Positions 8,846 through 19,346 are shown, numbered from the stretch's first letter. The stretch: 46,891 nt of DNA from an uncultured Actinomycetota bacterium (GCA_964469465.1 CAYYBB010000001.1:1-46891), one strand, 5' to 3'. The notes: generated from the sequence alone by a model not told the origin. A program made the numbers and translations.

Positions 8846-9919
8846 TTATTGTCTCTTCCGCAAAAAGGTGGGAATATCCAGCTCGTCCTCCAAAACCTTT
8901 ACCTGTTCCTCCTCTGCTAGCCTTTCCTGTACTGTCTCTTTCTCTCGCCTGGGTCTCTCCTTAAAAGGTTCTTTGAAACCTGCAGCTATGACTGTAACCT
9001 TAACTTTATCCTTGAGGTTATCATCCAGCACGGCGCCGAATATGATGTTAGCATCCTTGTTGCTGGCACTGCGGATAACCTCGGCTGCTTCATTCACCTC
9101 ATGTAACCTGAGATCCTGTCCCCCGGAGACGTTCAATAAAATGCCGCTCGCCCCCTCGACGGAAATCTCTAAGAGGGGGCTGGATATAGCGGTCATGGCC
9201 GCATCCACAGCCCTGTTTTCTCCACTACCTATACCACTCCCCATGAGAGCAGAGCCGGCATCCTTGACGATGGAGCGGACATCAGCAAAGTCCAGATTGA
9301 TCAGCCCTGGCAGCGTTATCAGATCGGTTATCCCCTGAACCCCCTCTCGTAAGACTCCATCCGCCATTTTGAAAGCTTCGATGAGGGTCGTCTCCTTTTT
9401 AGAGACTTCCAGGAGTTTATCATTAGGGATAACTATCAAGGTATCTACATGCTTCCTCAGATTCTTAATCCCTTCCTCAGCCTGTTCAGAACGGCGTTTT
9501 CCCTCAAAAGTGAAGGGCCGGGTCACTACTCCCACCGTCAGAGCTCCCAATTCTCTGGCTATCTCGGCGATAATGGGTGCTCCTCCTGTACCAGTTCCTC
9601 CTCCCTTTCCAGCAGTAATAAAGACCATGTCGGCCCCCTTAATCACTTCGGCGATTACATCCCGGCTGGCCAGAGCAGCCTCTCTCCCTATTTCAGGATC
9701 GGATCCAGCTCCGAGACCCGTCTCTCCGATGACTATCTTGCAGTCCGCCTCGGACATCATGAGAGCCTGAGCATCGGTATTGATGGCCACAAACTCGACA
9801 CCCTTTAACCCGTCTTCCATCATTCGGTTTACCGCATTGGTCCCACCTCCTCCCACTCCAATTACTTTGATCACCGCTATATACTTCAGGTTGGGATTTC
9901 TTGCACCAGGATTTACCAA
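8846..9919 (-). CDS. ftsZ: Cell division protein FtsZ
   Basis: [24 protein letters not shown] tubulin signature, INLDFADV, C-terminal LDIPTFLRK. Confidence 0.99.
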   Translation of the reverse strand: MVNPGARNPNLKYIAVIKVIGVGGGGTNAVNRMMEDGLKGVEFVAINTDAQALMMSEADCKIVIGETGLGAGSDPEIGREAALASRDVIAEVIKGADMVFITAGKGGGTGTGGAPIIAEIARELGALTVGVVTRPFTFEGKRRSEQAEEGIKNLRKHVDTLIVIPNDKLLEVSKKETTLIEAFKMADGVLREGVQGITDLITLPGLINLDFADVRSIVKDAGSALMGSGIGSGENRAVDAAMTAISSPLLEISVEGASGILLNVSGGQDLRLHEVNEAAEVIRSASNKDANIIFGAVLDDNLKDKVKVTVIAAGFKEPFKERPRREKETVQERLAEEEQVKVLEDELDIPTFLRKRQ

Positions 9920-11163
9920 TTAGGACCTCCCCGCTCACTGGACATACGCAGTCCGGAAAACCAGTTCCTGACCCTATTTACCAAGAAGGACAGAAGGGAC
10001 TCTTCCCTTCGCCTACTCTCAACCTCTAATTGATGATTACGCCCGTAAATCAATAAGCCTACCCCAGTAGCATATATGGGCTGATTTACTCTGTCAACCA
10101 ACCCACTCACCCGCAGGGGCACCCCTATTCTCGAGGGCATGTCGAAAACCTCACCCGAGAGCTCCACAACTCCCCTCAGAAGAGAGGACCCTCCGGTAAC
10201 TACTACACGGGGTAAAAAATCGAGGGGGCCCTCTCTCTCGATTTCCCTTCTGATCAGATTTAAGATCTCTCTCACTCTGATCTCGATAATTCCAGCCAAA
10301 AAGGAAGTAAGCACTGCCTTGCTCTCTCCCCAGTTGTCTTTGATCTCAAAAAAGTCAGCCGGATCTATATCTTCTCTGTCTACTCTTCCATGCTCTATCT
10401 TGACCCGCTCGGCCTCCTCCAGGGGGATGTGAAGGCCAATAGAAATATCGTTGGTAATATGGTTGCCCCCCACCGGAAGGCAGAAGGTATCTAAAAGGGC
10501 GTGGTTTCTGAAAATAGCTACATCTGTAGTTCCTCCTCCCATATCCAAAAGGATGGCCCCACTCTTTTCATTCTCGGTCAACACAGCGTAGGAGGAGGCC
10601 AGGCACTCCAGGACCAGGTCCGTAACTTCGATACCGGCTGTGGTAAAAGATTTGATTACATTCTTCAGAGAGGTTACAGAGCCGGTAATAATATTGGTCT
10701 CTACTTCCAGCCTGGTAGCCGACATCCCTACCGGATTAAGAATCCCTCTCTGTCCATCAACTACATAAGCCCGGGGAATAGTATGTATAACCTCCTGATC
10801 GTCAGGAAGATCTACTTTGGAGCAAATGGAGATAGCCTTTCCCCGGTCCTGCTCGGTGATTTCATATCGAGGTGGTGAAATGGAAACAACACTGTGATTA
10901 ACTCTAGAAGAAATATGGCCTCCGGTCACTCCTACATAGACAGAGTTGATAGAAAAGCCCGACATCTTCTCGGCTTTTTCCACCGCTTCGATAATGGACT
11001 CCGCCGATTTGGAGATATCTACTACTATTCCCTTCCTCAGGCCGTGAGACGGAGCTAATCCTACTCCCAGAATTTCCACCTCATCCTCAGGTCCTACCTG
11101 ACCGATGAGAGCACAAACTTTGGTTGTTCCCAGATCAACCCCGGCGACCAAATCTTGCTTCAT
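9913..11163 (-). CDS. ftsA: Cell division protein FtsA
   Basis: [39 protein letters not shown], amphipathic C-terminus VRNWF. Confidence 0.97.
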   Translation of the reverse strand: MKQDLVAGVDLGTTKVCALIGQVGPEDEVEILGVGLAPSHGLRKGIVVDISKSAESIIEAVEKAEKMSGFSINSVYVGVTGGHISSRVNHSVVSISPPRYEITEQDRGKAISICSKVDLPDDQEVIHTIPRAYVVDGQRGILNPVGMSATRLEVETNIITGSVTSLKNVIKSFTTAGIEVTDLVLECLASSYAVLTENEKSGAILLDMGGGTTDVAIFRNHALLDTFCLPVGGNHITNDISIGLHIPLEEAERVKIEHGRVDREDIDPADFFEIKDNWGESKAVLTSFLAGIIEIRVREILNLIRREIEREGPLDFLPRVVVTGGSSLLRGVVELSGEVFDMPSRIGVPLRVSGLVDRVNQPIYATGVGLLIYGRNHQLEVESRRREESLLSFLVNRVRNWFSGLRMSSERGGPNW

Positions 11164-11193
11164 GCAACTCTAGCTCACTCCGCCGTTACCTTT

Positions 11194-11979
11194 TTAACCC
11201 TCTTCTCCCTTTGGTTTTACCACTGGGTAGTCGTACACGCTTACATCTATGTACTCTACATCCTGAGCTTGATCTTTGATTTCTTTAAGCAGGGCCAGCA
11301 GGACTCTGGTCTTCTCAGTAAGATCTCGGGCATCCCCGAACTTAATCTCAATTCCTTCTCTAGTAACATAAAGGAAGCTGTTAGACATAACTTTGGCAAA
11401 TTCTATCTCCTTCTTTAGCTCATCGTCCAGAGCTTGCCACACCTCCAGACAGTCCTTAACTGCCTTAGAGACTACTACCTCCCCTGGCTCATAACCTGGC
11501 TCCTCGTCGCTCCGGATAGTAAGAAGATCCGCATCTATCTCGGTACTAGAGACTTCCAGAACTCTCCCACTTTCATCCAGAAGATAATAGAAATTCTCTC
11601 CCCTAAGAACCGCCAGAGGAATCCTCTCCCTGATGTATACCTTAATGATCATTCCTCTAGCTTTTTCTGCCCCTACTTCTTTGATCCAGGGCAGTCTCAA
11701 AAGGGGCTTTCTGACATCGTTCAGATCAAAAAATAAAAAGTTCTTGCCCTCAAAGGGACCGGAGATTCTCCTCAACTCCTGGTCACTGTAATGCTGGTTG
11801 CCATCAAATAGCACGTCCCGGATATGGAAAAAGGGCGAATTGAGAAACCGGAACAGAGCTACTGCAGAAAGGACAATCAGGGCCAAAAGGGAAATGTAGC
11901 TTATAGTCCTGAGCAGTCTCTCTCTTCTTTTCTTCTTTCTTCTTTCAGCAATCTTCCTTTCAATCCTTTTTACAGGCAA
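11194..11979 (-). CDS. ftsQ: Cell division protein FtsQ/DivIB
   Basis: Basic N-terminus, single TM, POTRA (FDGNQHY...LPWIKEV), YIDVS C-terminus; position before ftsA. Confidence 0.88.
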   Translation of the reverse strand: MPVKRIERKIAERRKKKRRERLLRTISYISLLALIVLSAVALFRFLNSPFFHIRDVLFDGNQHYSDQELRRISGPFEGKNFLFFDLNDVRKPLLRLPWIKEVGAEKARGMIIKVYIRERIPLAVLRGENFYYLLDESGRVLEVSSTEIDADLLTIRSDEEPGYEPGEVVVSKAVKDCLEVWQALDDELKKEIEFAKVMSNSFLYVTREGIEIKFGDARDLTEKTRVLLALLKEIKDQAQDVEYIDVSVYDYPVVKPKGEEG

Positions 11980-12886
11980 CGATTTCCATCTCCAGATCCA
12001 GATCCAGACCGTGAATCTTTCGGACTTTCTTTCTGACCTCCTCTATCAGAATTTCAATATCATCAGAAGTGGCATTGGCAAAATTCTCAATGAAATTAGC
12101 ATGCTTGGGAGATATCCTGGCCCCCCCAATAGCAAGACCTTTGCACCCAGCCTGTTCGATGTATCGGGCTGCCGAACCCTGAGGAGGATTGCGAAAAACG
12201 CTCCCGGCCGTCCTCTTTCCTATAGGCTGCTTTTCTCGTCTTATCCTCCTGTACTCCTCTATTTCCCTCAGGACGTTTTCTTTCTCTCCCCTTTCCAACT
12301 TCAAAATAGCCTTACAGATAATGCCATCCATGGGCAAACGACAAAAACGGTAGCCAAAGTGGAGGTCCTTCACCGAGAAAGTTCTCCTTTCTCCCTCCAG
12401 GGAGCAGATCTCCACCTCCTGTAATACCTGGGCCATCTCTCTCCCGAAAGCTCCGGCATTGTTCTTAATGGCTCCCCCCACAGTGCCAGGAATACCTACA
12501 GCAAAGGAGAGCCCGGCCAAACTTTTCGCACTGGCCATCCGAGCCACCCTGGACAAGCTGGCCCCTGCCCCAGCCACAACCAGACTGTTCTTGACCGCTA
12601 TCCTGGTGAAATGACCGCCTAATTTTACGATCAAGCCGCGGTAGCCCATGCTGCTAAAAAGGAGATTGGTTCCGGAACCGAGAACGAAGGGCTTCAGACC
12701 GAAAGTTTTACCTATCTCCAAAAGAGAAAGAAGCTCTTCCTCTGACCTGACGGTTACCACAAAATCGGCTGGTCCTCCTACTCCGAGGGAGGTATGTCCC
12801 GCCAAAGGCTCGTTCTCCATAAAGGAATCTATTCGGGCCGCAATCAGCTTTTGTCTTATTTGGAGTTTCAGTCCGGGAGAAAACAT
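11960..12886 (-). CDS. murB: UDP-N-acetylenolpyruvoylglucosamine reductase
   Basis: HTSLGVGGPA, LGSGTNLL, IPGTVGGA, AGSVFRNP, KHANFI. Confidence 0.96.
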   Translation of the reverse strand: MFSPGLKLQIRQKLIAARIDSFMENEPLAGHTSLGVGGPADFVVTVRSEEELLSLLEIGKTFGLKPFVLGSGTNLLFSSMGYRGLIVKLGGHFTRIAVKNSLVVAGAGASLSRVARMASAKSLAGLSFAVGIPGTVGGAIKNNAGAFGREMAQVLQEVEICSLEGERRTFSVKDLHFGYRFCRLPMDGIICKAILKLERGEKENVLREIEEYRRIRREKQPIGKRTAGSVFRNPPQGSAARYIEQAGCKGLAIGGARISPKHANFIENFANATSDDIEILIEEVRKKVRKIHGLDLDLEMEIVACKKD

Positions 12887-14259
12887 AGCCGTTTGACCAG
12901 ATCCTCAGCCACCGTCCAGATATCACCAGCGCCCATGGTCAGAACCAGGTCTCCGTCCTTTACAGTTTCCAGGAGATAGTCGACGATGGTTCTGGTTCTC
13001 GGAAGATAGGCTACCTGGATCCTGGGAGAGAAGGAGAGGAGAGAATCCAGAATTGTCTTTCCACTCACACCAGGAATAGGATCCTCCCCGGCTCCATAAA
13101 CATCGGTGATGATGGTAAGATCAGAGTCACCAAAAGACCGCCCGAAAGAGTTGGCCAACTTCTTAGTCCTGGAATACCGGTGGGGCTGAAAAATACTCAC
13201 TATCCTCTTGACTGCGCCGGTACGGGCTGCTGCCAGAGTAGCTCTGATCTCAGTAGGATGATGGGCATAATCGTCCACAACCGTGATTCCATTGGTTTTG
13301 CCCTTCAGCTCAAACCTCCTCTGAGCCCCACAGAAGTTAGCCAGAATGGCCGAGACCCGCTCCAGAGGCAACTGCAAGTGGTTCGCTACACTGATGGCAG
13401 CCAGGGCATTGTAGATATTATGCACTCCTGGTATATTCAGGGTGATCTGGCAGATTTCCTGTCCATCCAGGGTCACTCTAAACTTGCTGCCGAACTCAAA
13501 GAGAACGATGTTCTCTGCCCTCACTCCATTGCCATCTTGAAGGCCATAGGTGACACATCTTCTACCTGTCTCTCTTACCAAAGGACCAAGAGTCGGGCAG
13601 TCACCGCAGGCAACTACCAGCCCGTCATCCGGAAGACAAACAATATATCTTCTGAAAAGTTCCCTGATTTCTTCGATATTCTGAAAATGATCCAGATGAT
13701 CCTCGTCTATATTAGTGATAACCGCAATTTTGGGCCTCATATAGATCAGGGTGCCATCACTTTCGTCTACCTCGGCTACAACTATCTCTCCGCTCCCCCT
13801 CTTGGCATTGCTGCCTATGTCATTGAGCTCTCCGCCAATCAGAATGGTGGGCTTCAGATCACAAAATTCGGTGATCAGGGAGATCATGGAAGTGGTGGTA
13901 GTCTTGCCATGAGTCCCGGCCACCGCTATACCGAAGGCCCGATTGAGAATCCAGGCCAGAAGCTCGGCCCGTTTGATGACCGGAATTCCTCTTTCCCGAG
14001 CAGCCAGGAGCTCCGGATTATTGGGCGGAATGGCTGAGGAGATAACCACGATATCAGCATTGTCCAGATTTTGCGCTCTGTGACCTATAAATATCTTCGC
14101 CCCAAACTGTTCCAGTCTGGCCGTGTTGCGAGAAGCTTTCAGATCCGACCCCGCTACCTTGACTTTCATATCCACCAGGATGCGGGCCAGGGCGCTCATA
14201 CCGGCACCGCCTATTCCTATAAAGTAAGCCGAGCTAAAGTGGTCCAATTTGCTTCTCAT
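12868..14259 (-). CDS. murC: UDP-N-acetylmuramate--L-alanine ligase
   Basis: FIGIGGAGMSALA, GTHGKTTTT, EVDESD, DDYAHHPTE, FQPHRYSRT. Start at MRSKLD (14259). Confidence 0.97.
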   Translation of the reverse strand: MRSKLDHFSSAYFIGIGGAGMSALARILVDMKVKVAGSDLKASRNTARLEQFGAKIFIGHRAQNLDNADIVVISSAIPPNNPELLAARERGIPVIKRAELLAWILNRAFGIAVAGTHGKTTTTSMISLITEFCDLKPTILIGGELNDIGSNAKRGSGEIVVAEVDESDGTLIYMRPKIAVITNIDEDHLDHFQNIEEIRELFRRYIVCLPDDGLVVACGDCPTLGPLVRETGRRCVTYGLQDGNGVRAENIVLFEFGSKFRVTLDGQEICQITLNIPGVHNIYNALAAISVANHLQLPLERVSAILANFCGAQRRFELKGKTNGITVVDDYAHHPTEIRATLAAARTGAVKRIVSIFQPHRYSRTKKLANSFGRSFGDSDLTIITDVYGAGEDPIPGVSGKTILDSLLSFSPRIQVAYLPRTRTIVDYLLETVKDGDLVLTMGAGDIWTVAEDLVKRLCFLPD

Positions 14260-14263
14260 GCCC

Positions 14264-14307
14264 ACACCAGGTGTTTTGACCCTATACACCAGATATTTTG
14301 ACCCTAT
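14264..14307. repeat. 22-bp tandem duplication
   Basis: acaccaggtgttttgaccctat / acaccagatattttgaccctat (20/22 identical), immediately upstream of murC. Confidence 0.85.
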
Positions 14308-14322
14308 TATAAAGGATGTAGC

Positions 14323-14499
14323 GAGAGCTGCCAAATGATCCGGAAGCCAGTCGTCCCAAAATGGGTCAACCAACTCGCCCATCTGAACCAACAGATAAAA
14401 GTCCTTATCAAGGACATAAATCAGCATTTCAATTGTTATCAAAAACTAGTCGGTATCGATTTTAGGACCATTACCGACCCATGTCTTTTGGCAGCTCTA
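14323..14499. mobile_element. MITE-like / IS-remnant element with terminal inverted repeats
   Basis: Perfect 12-bp IR AGAGCTGCCAAA (14324-14335) / TTTGGCAGCTCT (14487-14498), 14/16 when extended; no target-site duplication seen. Confidence 0.5.
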
Positions 14500-15660
14500 A
14501 TAAACTTTTTCTTTCCCTTTTTGATCCCTTCCCGCCTTTACCGCCCGGCCTTCAAATATTAGCTCTAATAACAACGCCTCCACCATTCGCTCTGCAGCGT
14601 TTTCTAGCGCCATCTCCCTGGCTCTTTTTTGCATCTCCTCATACCCTCCTCGGCCTTCCATCAGCTCTTTGATCTTCTCGGCCAGTATCTCCCCTTTCAG
14701 ATCCTTATCCAGGATCACCAGAGCTGCTCCCTTGTTGGCCAAAACTTCCGCATTTAATCTCTGATGGTCTTGAGTGGCATAAGGATAGGGTATGAGGATA
14801 GAAGGAAGTCCAAAAAAAGAAATCTCAGCCACGGTGGTGGCTCCTGATCTTGTTATTACCAGATCACAGGCCTGGTAGAAGAGATTCATCTCTTCTATGT
14901 AAGGAAGGATTCGGTAAAGGGCACCACCCTCTATCTTTCTGATTTTATCCAATTCATCCTGCACCTCAGTAAAACGACCTCTTCCGGTAATATGGACCAT
15001 CTGCAAATCTGATCTATCTCTTAGCCTCTCATAAGCCCTTAGTGTGGCTGTATTAATGGATCGCGCTCCCTGGCTTCCCCCCATAACGCCCACGGTGAAC
15101 CGTCTTGTGTCAAGTCCCAGCTCAGTCCGGGCCTGGTTTCGATCTGGACTTTTCTCTCTGAAGCGCACCGGATTGCCTGTACAGACCACTTTCCTGGCCC
15201 TCTTGAAGTACGGTCTGGACTCCTCAAAACTGAGACAGACCAGATTCACAAAGGGAGCAAGAATTCTGTTGGCCCGGCCAGGAACTACATTTTGCTCGTG
15301 GATGGCCGCCCTTTTTCTTTCCAACAAAGCACCAAGAAGGAGTGGGGCTGAGACGTATCCTCCAAAGCCCATAACCAGATCCGGTTTCTCCTGCCGAATT
15401 ATGATCCGAGATCTCATAAGAGCAGCCATAAGAAGGAAACCGGAAAAGAACCACCTCAAAGAGGGCCGACCGGAGAAAGATCTGACCTTAAGCAAGCGCA
15501 GGGCCAAGCCCCGGGAGGGAACTATCCTGGCCTCCATCCCCTCTTCAGATCCAACGAAAATCACCTGAGCCTGATTATCTTTTTCTTTGAAAGCGTCGGC
15601 CAGAGCCAGAGCTGGATAGAGATGCCCTCCGGTTCCTCCGCTGGCTATGAGAATCTTCAT
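14497..15660 (-). CDS. murG: Undecaprenyl-PP-MurNAc-pentapeptide GlcNAc transferase
   Basis: SGGTGGHLYPA, GFGGYVS, HEQNVVPGRAN, GGSQGA, RSGATT, DHQRLNA. Confidence 0.97.
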   Translation of the reverse strand: MKILIASGGTGGHLYPALALADAFKEKDNQAQVIFVGSEEGMEARIVPSRGLALRLLKVRSFSGRPSLRWFFSGFLLMAALMRSRIIIRQEKPDLVMGFGGYVSAPLLLGALLERKRAAIHEQNVVPGRANRILAPFVNLVCLSFEESRPYFKRARKVVCTGNPVRFREKSPDRNQARTELGLDTRRFTVGVMGGSQGARSINTATLRAYERLRDRSDLQMVHITGRGRFTEVQDELDKIRKIEGGALYRILPYIEEMNLFYQACDLVITRSGATTVAEISFFGLPSILIPYPYATQDHQRLNAEVLANKGAALVILDKDLKGEILAEKIKELMEGRGGYEEMQKRAREMALENAAERMVEALLLELIFEGRAVKAGRDQKGKEKVY

Positions 15661-16954
15661 GAGCACTTACTCCATAAATTGTCTTGCTGGTAGAAGATCC
15701 TGTCCTGCTCCAAGAAAGCCCTCTCTCCTTGAAAGAAGACCCTTTCCTCCGGGAAGAAAGAGATCTTTTCCTCTTTGCCCCGGGACGTTCTATGGCTACA
15801 ATTGTCTTGCTCTGACCCCGGTGTTGACCGGAAATCTCTCTTAGTGGGACAGTAGTGCCCTTCCGGGCAATATTTAGGAGTATGCCAATACTGGCCATGG
15901 TCACTACCAGAGAGGAACCACCAAAACTGATAAAGGGAAGGGGGATGCCGGTGATAGGAAGCAGGCCCGTGGTAGCTCCGATGTTGATCAGAGCCTGGCT
16001 GGCGACAGAGGTGGTAAGGCCTACGGCCAAAAGCCGACCAAATAGGTCTCTGGCTTTCAGGCTTATCTGGATGCCCAGATAAACAAAAATTAAAAAGCCA
16101 ATAACCAGACCTACCGTACCCACCAGGCCCAGCTCCTCTCCCACAATGGCAAATATGAAATCGGTATGGGCTGCCGGCAGGTAGCCAAACTTTTGTCGGC
16201 TCAGGCCCAGCCCGAGACCAGTAAGGTGACCTGATCCCAGAGCAATCAGGGATTGCTGGAGCTGGAACCCAGAGCCAGAAATATCGCCTGTCTTATCTAA
16301 AAAAGCTAAAATTCTCTGCAACCTGTAATCTGCAGACACTATGTAAGAGGCTACACCCATGACCCAAAGTCCAGCTATGGCTAGCAAATGTCTCACCTTA
16401 ACGCCCACTACAAAAAAAATGGCAGAGAGAGAGACCCAGATCACCACCACGGTTCCCAAATTGGGCTGAAGAAAAACCAAAAGAGAGACCAGCACAGCAG
16501 CCAGAATGATCGGGACAAGGACATGTTTAAGCTCGCCAATACGGCGTTCCTTCTTAACCAGAATATCGGCCGCAAAGATCACCATGAATAGCTTGGCTAT
16601 CTCTGAGGGTTGGATACTTATAAGCCCCAGATCCAGCCAGCGCTGAGCTCCCCCCGCTCTTATTCCGGCACCGGGAATCAAAGTAAGAGAAAGAAGACCT
16701 ATGGAGGCAAGGATCATAAAATAGGAAAAGAACTGATATCTCTGGTAGAAAAAACTGGAGAACATAACCAGTACTATCACTCCAATGGCTCCATAAGCCA
16801 GTTGCCTCTTAATGAAATAAAAGGTGTCTCCGAACAAGCTGCTGGCCACAGCAGTGCTGGCACTGGATACTATGACTGTGCCGAAAATAAACATGAGAAT
16901 GGTTAGTCCCAGAAGAAAATAGTATGCTCTTGGCGCTCGCCCTGGCCTATCCAT
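15575..16954 (-). CDS. ftsW: SEDS peptidoglycan polymerase FtsW
   Basis: GAQRWL, IQPSEIAK, QPNLGT, LPAAHTDFIFAIVGEELG, PITGIPLPFISFGGSS. Start at MDRPGR (16954). Confidence 0.96.
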   Translation of the reverse strand: MDRPGRAPRAYYFLLGLTILMFIFGTVIVSSASTAVASSLFGDTFYFIKRQLAYGAIGVIVLVMFSSFFYQRYQFFSYFMILASIGLLSLTLIPGAGIRAGGAQRWLDLGLISIQPSEIAKLFMVIFAADILVKKERRIGELKHVLVPIILAAVLVSLLVFLQPNLGTVVVIWVSLSAIFFVVGVKVRHLLAIAGLWVMGVASYIVSADYRLQRILAFLDKTGDISGSGFQLQQSLIALGSGHLTGLGLGLSRQKFGYLPAAHTDFIFAIVGEELGLVGTVGLVIGFLIFVYLGIQISLKARDLFGRLLAVGLTTSVASQALINIGATTGLLPITGIPLPFISFGGSSLVVTMASIGILLNIARKGTTVPLREISGQHRGQSKTIVAIERPGAKRKRSLSSRRKGSSFKERGLSWSRTGSSTSKTIYGVSAHEDSHSQRRNRRASLSSSGSGRRFQRKR

Positions 16955-18356
16955 CTGGTTTACCTCGGGTTCGGACCGCCTTCTTGAAGAGATCTCCTCT
17001 TTCCTCATAATTCCGGAACATATCAAAACTGGCACAGGCAGGAGAAAGAAGGATCACATCTCCCTGGCTGGCTCCTTCAAAAGCTCTCTCCACCGCTTCA
17101 AAAATTCCCTTTTCTATATAAATTTCTTTCTCTAGCTCCTTGCCCCGAACTATCTCAGCTACCATCCTGGCTATCTTTTCTGCCGCCTCACCCAGAAGAA
17201 CCAGCCTCTTCACTCTCTGAACTATGGCTTCAGCCAGAGGATGGAAGTCCATCCGCTTATCTCTACCCCCGGCTATGAGAACGACTTTATTCTTAAAGCT
17301 CTCCAGAGCTCTTATAGTGGCATCGGGGTTAGTGGCCTTGGAGTCATTGAAGACCAGAATCCCATCGAAATCTCCCACCAATTCCATACGATGATCCAGC
17401 CCCCGGAATTCTTTTATGCTTCTTTTGACGACTTCGGGGGGAACTCCCAGCAGGAGAGAGACAGCCACCGCGCTCATGACGTTGGTCAGATTATGCAGGC
17501 CATAAAGGGGTACATCCTCCACAGGCATGAGATCTACCTCCTCCTCTATGCTGGATACAATATGGCCCTCTCTGACGAACACTCCGCCCTCTGCACATCT
17601 CTGAAGACTGATGGGTATCAATCGGGAGCAAACCCGCCTCAGATTTCGGCTGACATTGGGATCGTCCACATTGAGGACCGCATAATCCTCTTTAATCTGG
17701 TTGGCAAAGAGTCTGAATTTCAGCTTTATATATTCCTCCATATCCCCATGTCGGTCCAGGTGATCTGAGGTGATGTTCAGAAGTACGCCGATGCGGGGAC
17801 GAAAAAGATGAGTGCGCTCCAACTGAAAACTCGAAACTTCTGCTATAATCCACCAATTCTTATCTACAAGATCAATGCACTCCAAAAGAGGCCGTCCAAT
17901 ATTTCCGGCGGCCAGGTGAGGGCGACCGGCACCATCCAGAATAAAGTCAATCAAACTGGTAGTAGTTGTCTTGCCGTTAGTACCGGTTATCCCCACTATG
18001 GGTGCTGGGATCAATCGATAGGCCAGCTCGATCTCGCTCCATACTGGAATTCCCCTCCGCTCTGCCTCCTGCAAAATAGCAATGTCTGTGGGTACCCCCG
18101 GACTTACGATGACCAGATCTACTTCCTCCAGCAAACTCAAGGGGTGGCCACCCAAAATTCCTCTGATCCCCATGTCCTTGAGTTCGGCCAGCCGCAGCTC
18201 AAGCTCAGGAGACCTGTCGTTGTCGCTGACCACAACTTCCGCTCCCATCTTAGCCAGCTTCCTGGCCACTGCTGCTCCACTGCGAGCCAGCCCTATCACC
18301 AGCACCTTCTTTTCTTTCAAAAAATCTCCTCTTTCTCCTATCTCCTGCCCAGCCAT
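16947..18356 (-). CDS. murD: UDP-MurNAc-L-Ala--D-Glu ligase
   Basis: GLARSG, SPGVP, GTNGKTTT, EVSSFQL, NDSKATN, LSPACASFD. Confidence 0.97.
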   Translation of the reverse strand: MAGQEIGERGDFLKEKKVLVIGLARSGAAVARKLAKMGAEVVVSDNDRSPELELRLAELKDMGIRGILGGHPLSLLEEVDLVIVSPGVPTDIAILQEAERRGIPVWSEIELAYRLIPAPIVGITGTNGKTTTTSLIDFILDGAGRPHLAAGNIGRPLLECIDLVDKNWWIIAEVSSFQLERTHLFRPRIGVLLNITSDHLDRHGDMEEYIKLKFRLFANQIKEDYAVLNVDDPNVSRNLRRVCSRLIPISLQRCAEGGVFVREGHIVSSIEEEVDLMPVEDVPLYGLHNLTNVMSAVAVSLLLGVPPEVVKRSIKEFRGLDHRMELVGDFDGILVFNDSKATNPDATIRALESFKNKVVLIAGGRDKRMDFHPLAEAIVQRVKRLVLLGEAAEKIARMVAEIVRGKELEKEIYIEKGIFEAVERAFEGASQGDVILLSPACASFDMFRNYEERGDLFKKAVRTRGKPDG

Positions 18357-18359
18357 TTC

Positions 18360-19346
18360 TCAGATCAGCTCCACAAAAAAGATAACATAGCCTATGGCCA
18401 CAAAAACGACGCAAATCATCCAGAACCGTATGATGACTTTAAACTCAGGCCAATCCAATAGTTCAAAATGATGATGGAGAGGCGCCATTTTAAAAACCCG
18501 TTTCTTAAACAGCTTATATGAAACCACCTGAATGATCACTGAAGCCGCCTCCAGCACCAGTAGCCCCCCTATGATGGGCAGAAGGAGTTCGATCTTCAGA
18601 AGTATGGCAGTAACAGCGACAATACCACCCAGGGAAAGGGAACCAGTATCACCCATGAAGATGTTGGCCGGAGCGGAATTGAACCATAGAAAGCCAGTAC
18701 TGGCCCCCACCACAGCAGCACTGAGAATGGCTATATCCTGAGCATAGCTTACCTCCATGTGTCTCCACTGCTGGAAAGCTATGATCATAAAAACACCCAT
18801 AATTAGAGCAGTACTTCCGGCAGCCAGTCCGTCCAGACCGTCGGTTAGATTAAGAGCATTGGTGGTAGCAGCAAGTACCAGGAAAATAAAAGGGTAGTAT
18901 ATAAAACCCAGATCAAGGGAAAGATTAGTAAGAGGTATGGAGATGGCCGTAGAAAGACCCAGAACTCCCACGGACAGATACCCAAAGATGACTGAAACGG
19001 CCAACTGGGAGATGAGTTTGGTTCTTGCTCTCAGGCCCAGAGACCTCTCCTGGCGAATGGAGATAATATCGTCTCCCAGCCCCACCAGCCCACAAAGGAT
19101 GTAGGTGAAGAGAGCCACAAGAGCTTCTTTAGAATAATGGCCAAAGAGAAGGAAGGCAGTGGAAGAGGCGATGAGTACTACCACCCCTCCCATGGTCGGA
19201 GTTCCGGATTTGACCATATGGGTTTTGGGGCCATCTATTCTTATCTTCTGCCCCATTCTCCTCCGGGTCTGGTATTTTATCCACAGAGGGGAGAGAAAGA
19301 GTGAAAGCGCTCCGGCTACCAGAGCCGAAAATAGTATGCCTCCCAT
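18360..19346 (-). CDS. mraY: Phospho-MurNAc-pentapeptide transferase
   Basis: KSGTPTMGG, NLTDGLDGLA, FMGDTGS, MAPLHHHFE. Confidence 0.98.
   Translation of the reverse strand: MGGILFSALVAGALSLFLSPLWIKYQTRRRMGQKIRIDGPKTHMVKSGTPTMGGVVVLIASSTAFLLFGHYSKEALVALFTYILCGLVGLGDDIISIRQERSLGLRARTKLISQLAVSVIFGYLSVGVLGLSTAISIPLTNLSLDLGFIYYPFIFLVLAATTNALNLTDGLDGLAAGSTALIMGVFMIIAFQQWRHMEVSYAQDIAILSAAVVGASTGFLWFNSAPANIFMGDTGSLSLGGIVAVTAILLKIELLLPIIGGLLVLEAASVIIQVVSYKLFKKRVFKMAPLHHHFELLDWPEFKVIIRFWMICVVFVAIGYVIFFVELI

Noticed and set aside
14260..14442. N-terminal extension of MurC in the ORF track (similar extensions for HydA, EcfA, PgeF, FtsW, BrnA and UPF0175)
   Set aside because: Family homology and RBS positions point to later starts; the murC extension runs through the repeat and TIR element.
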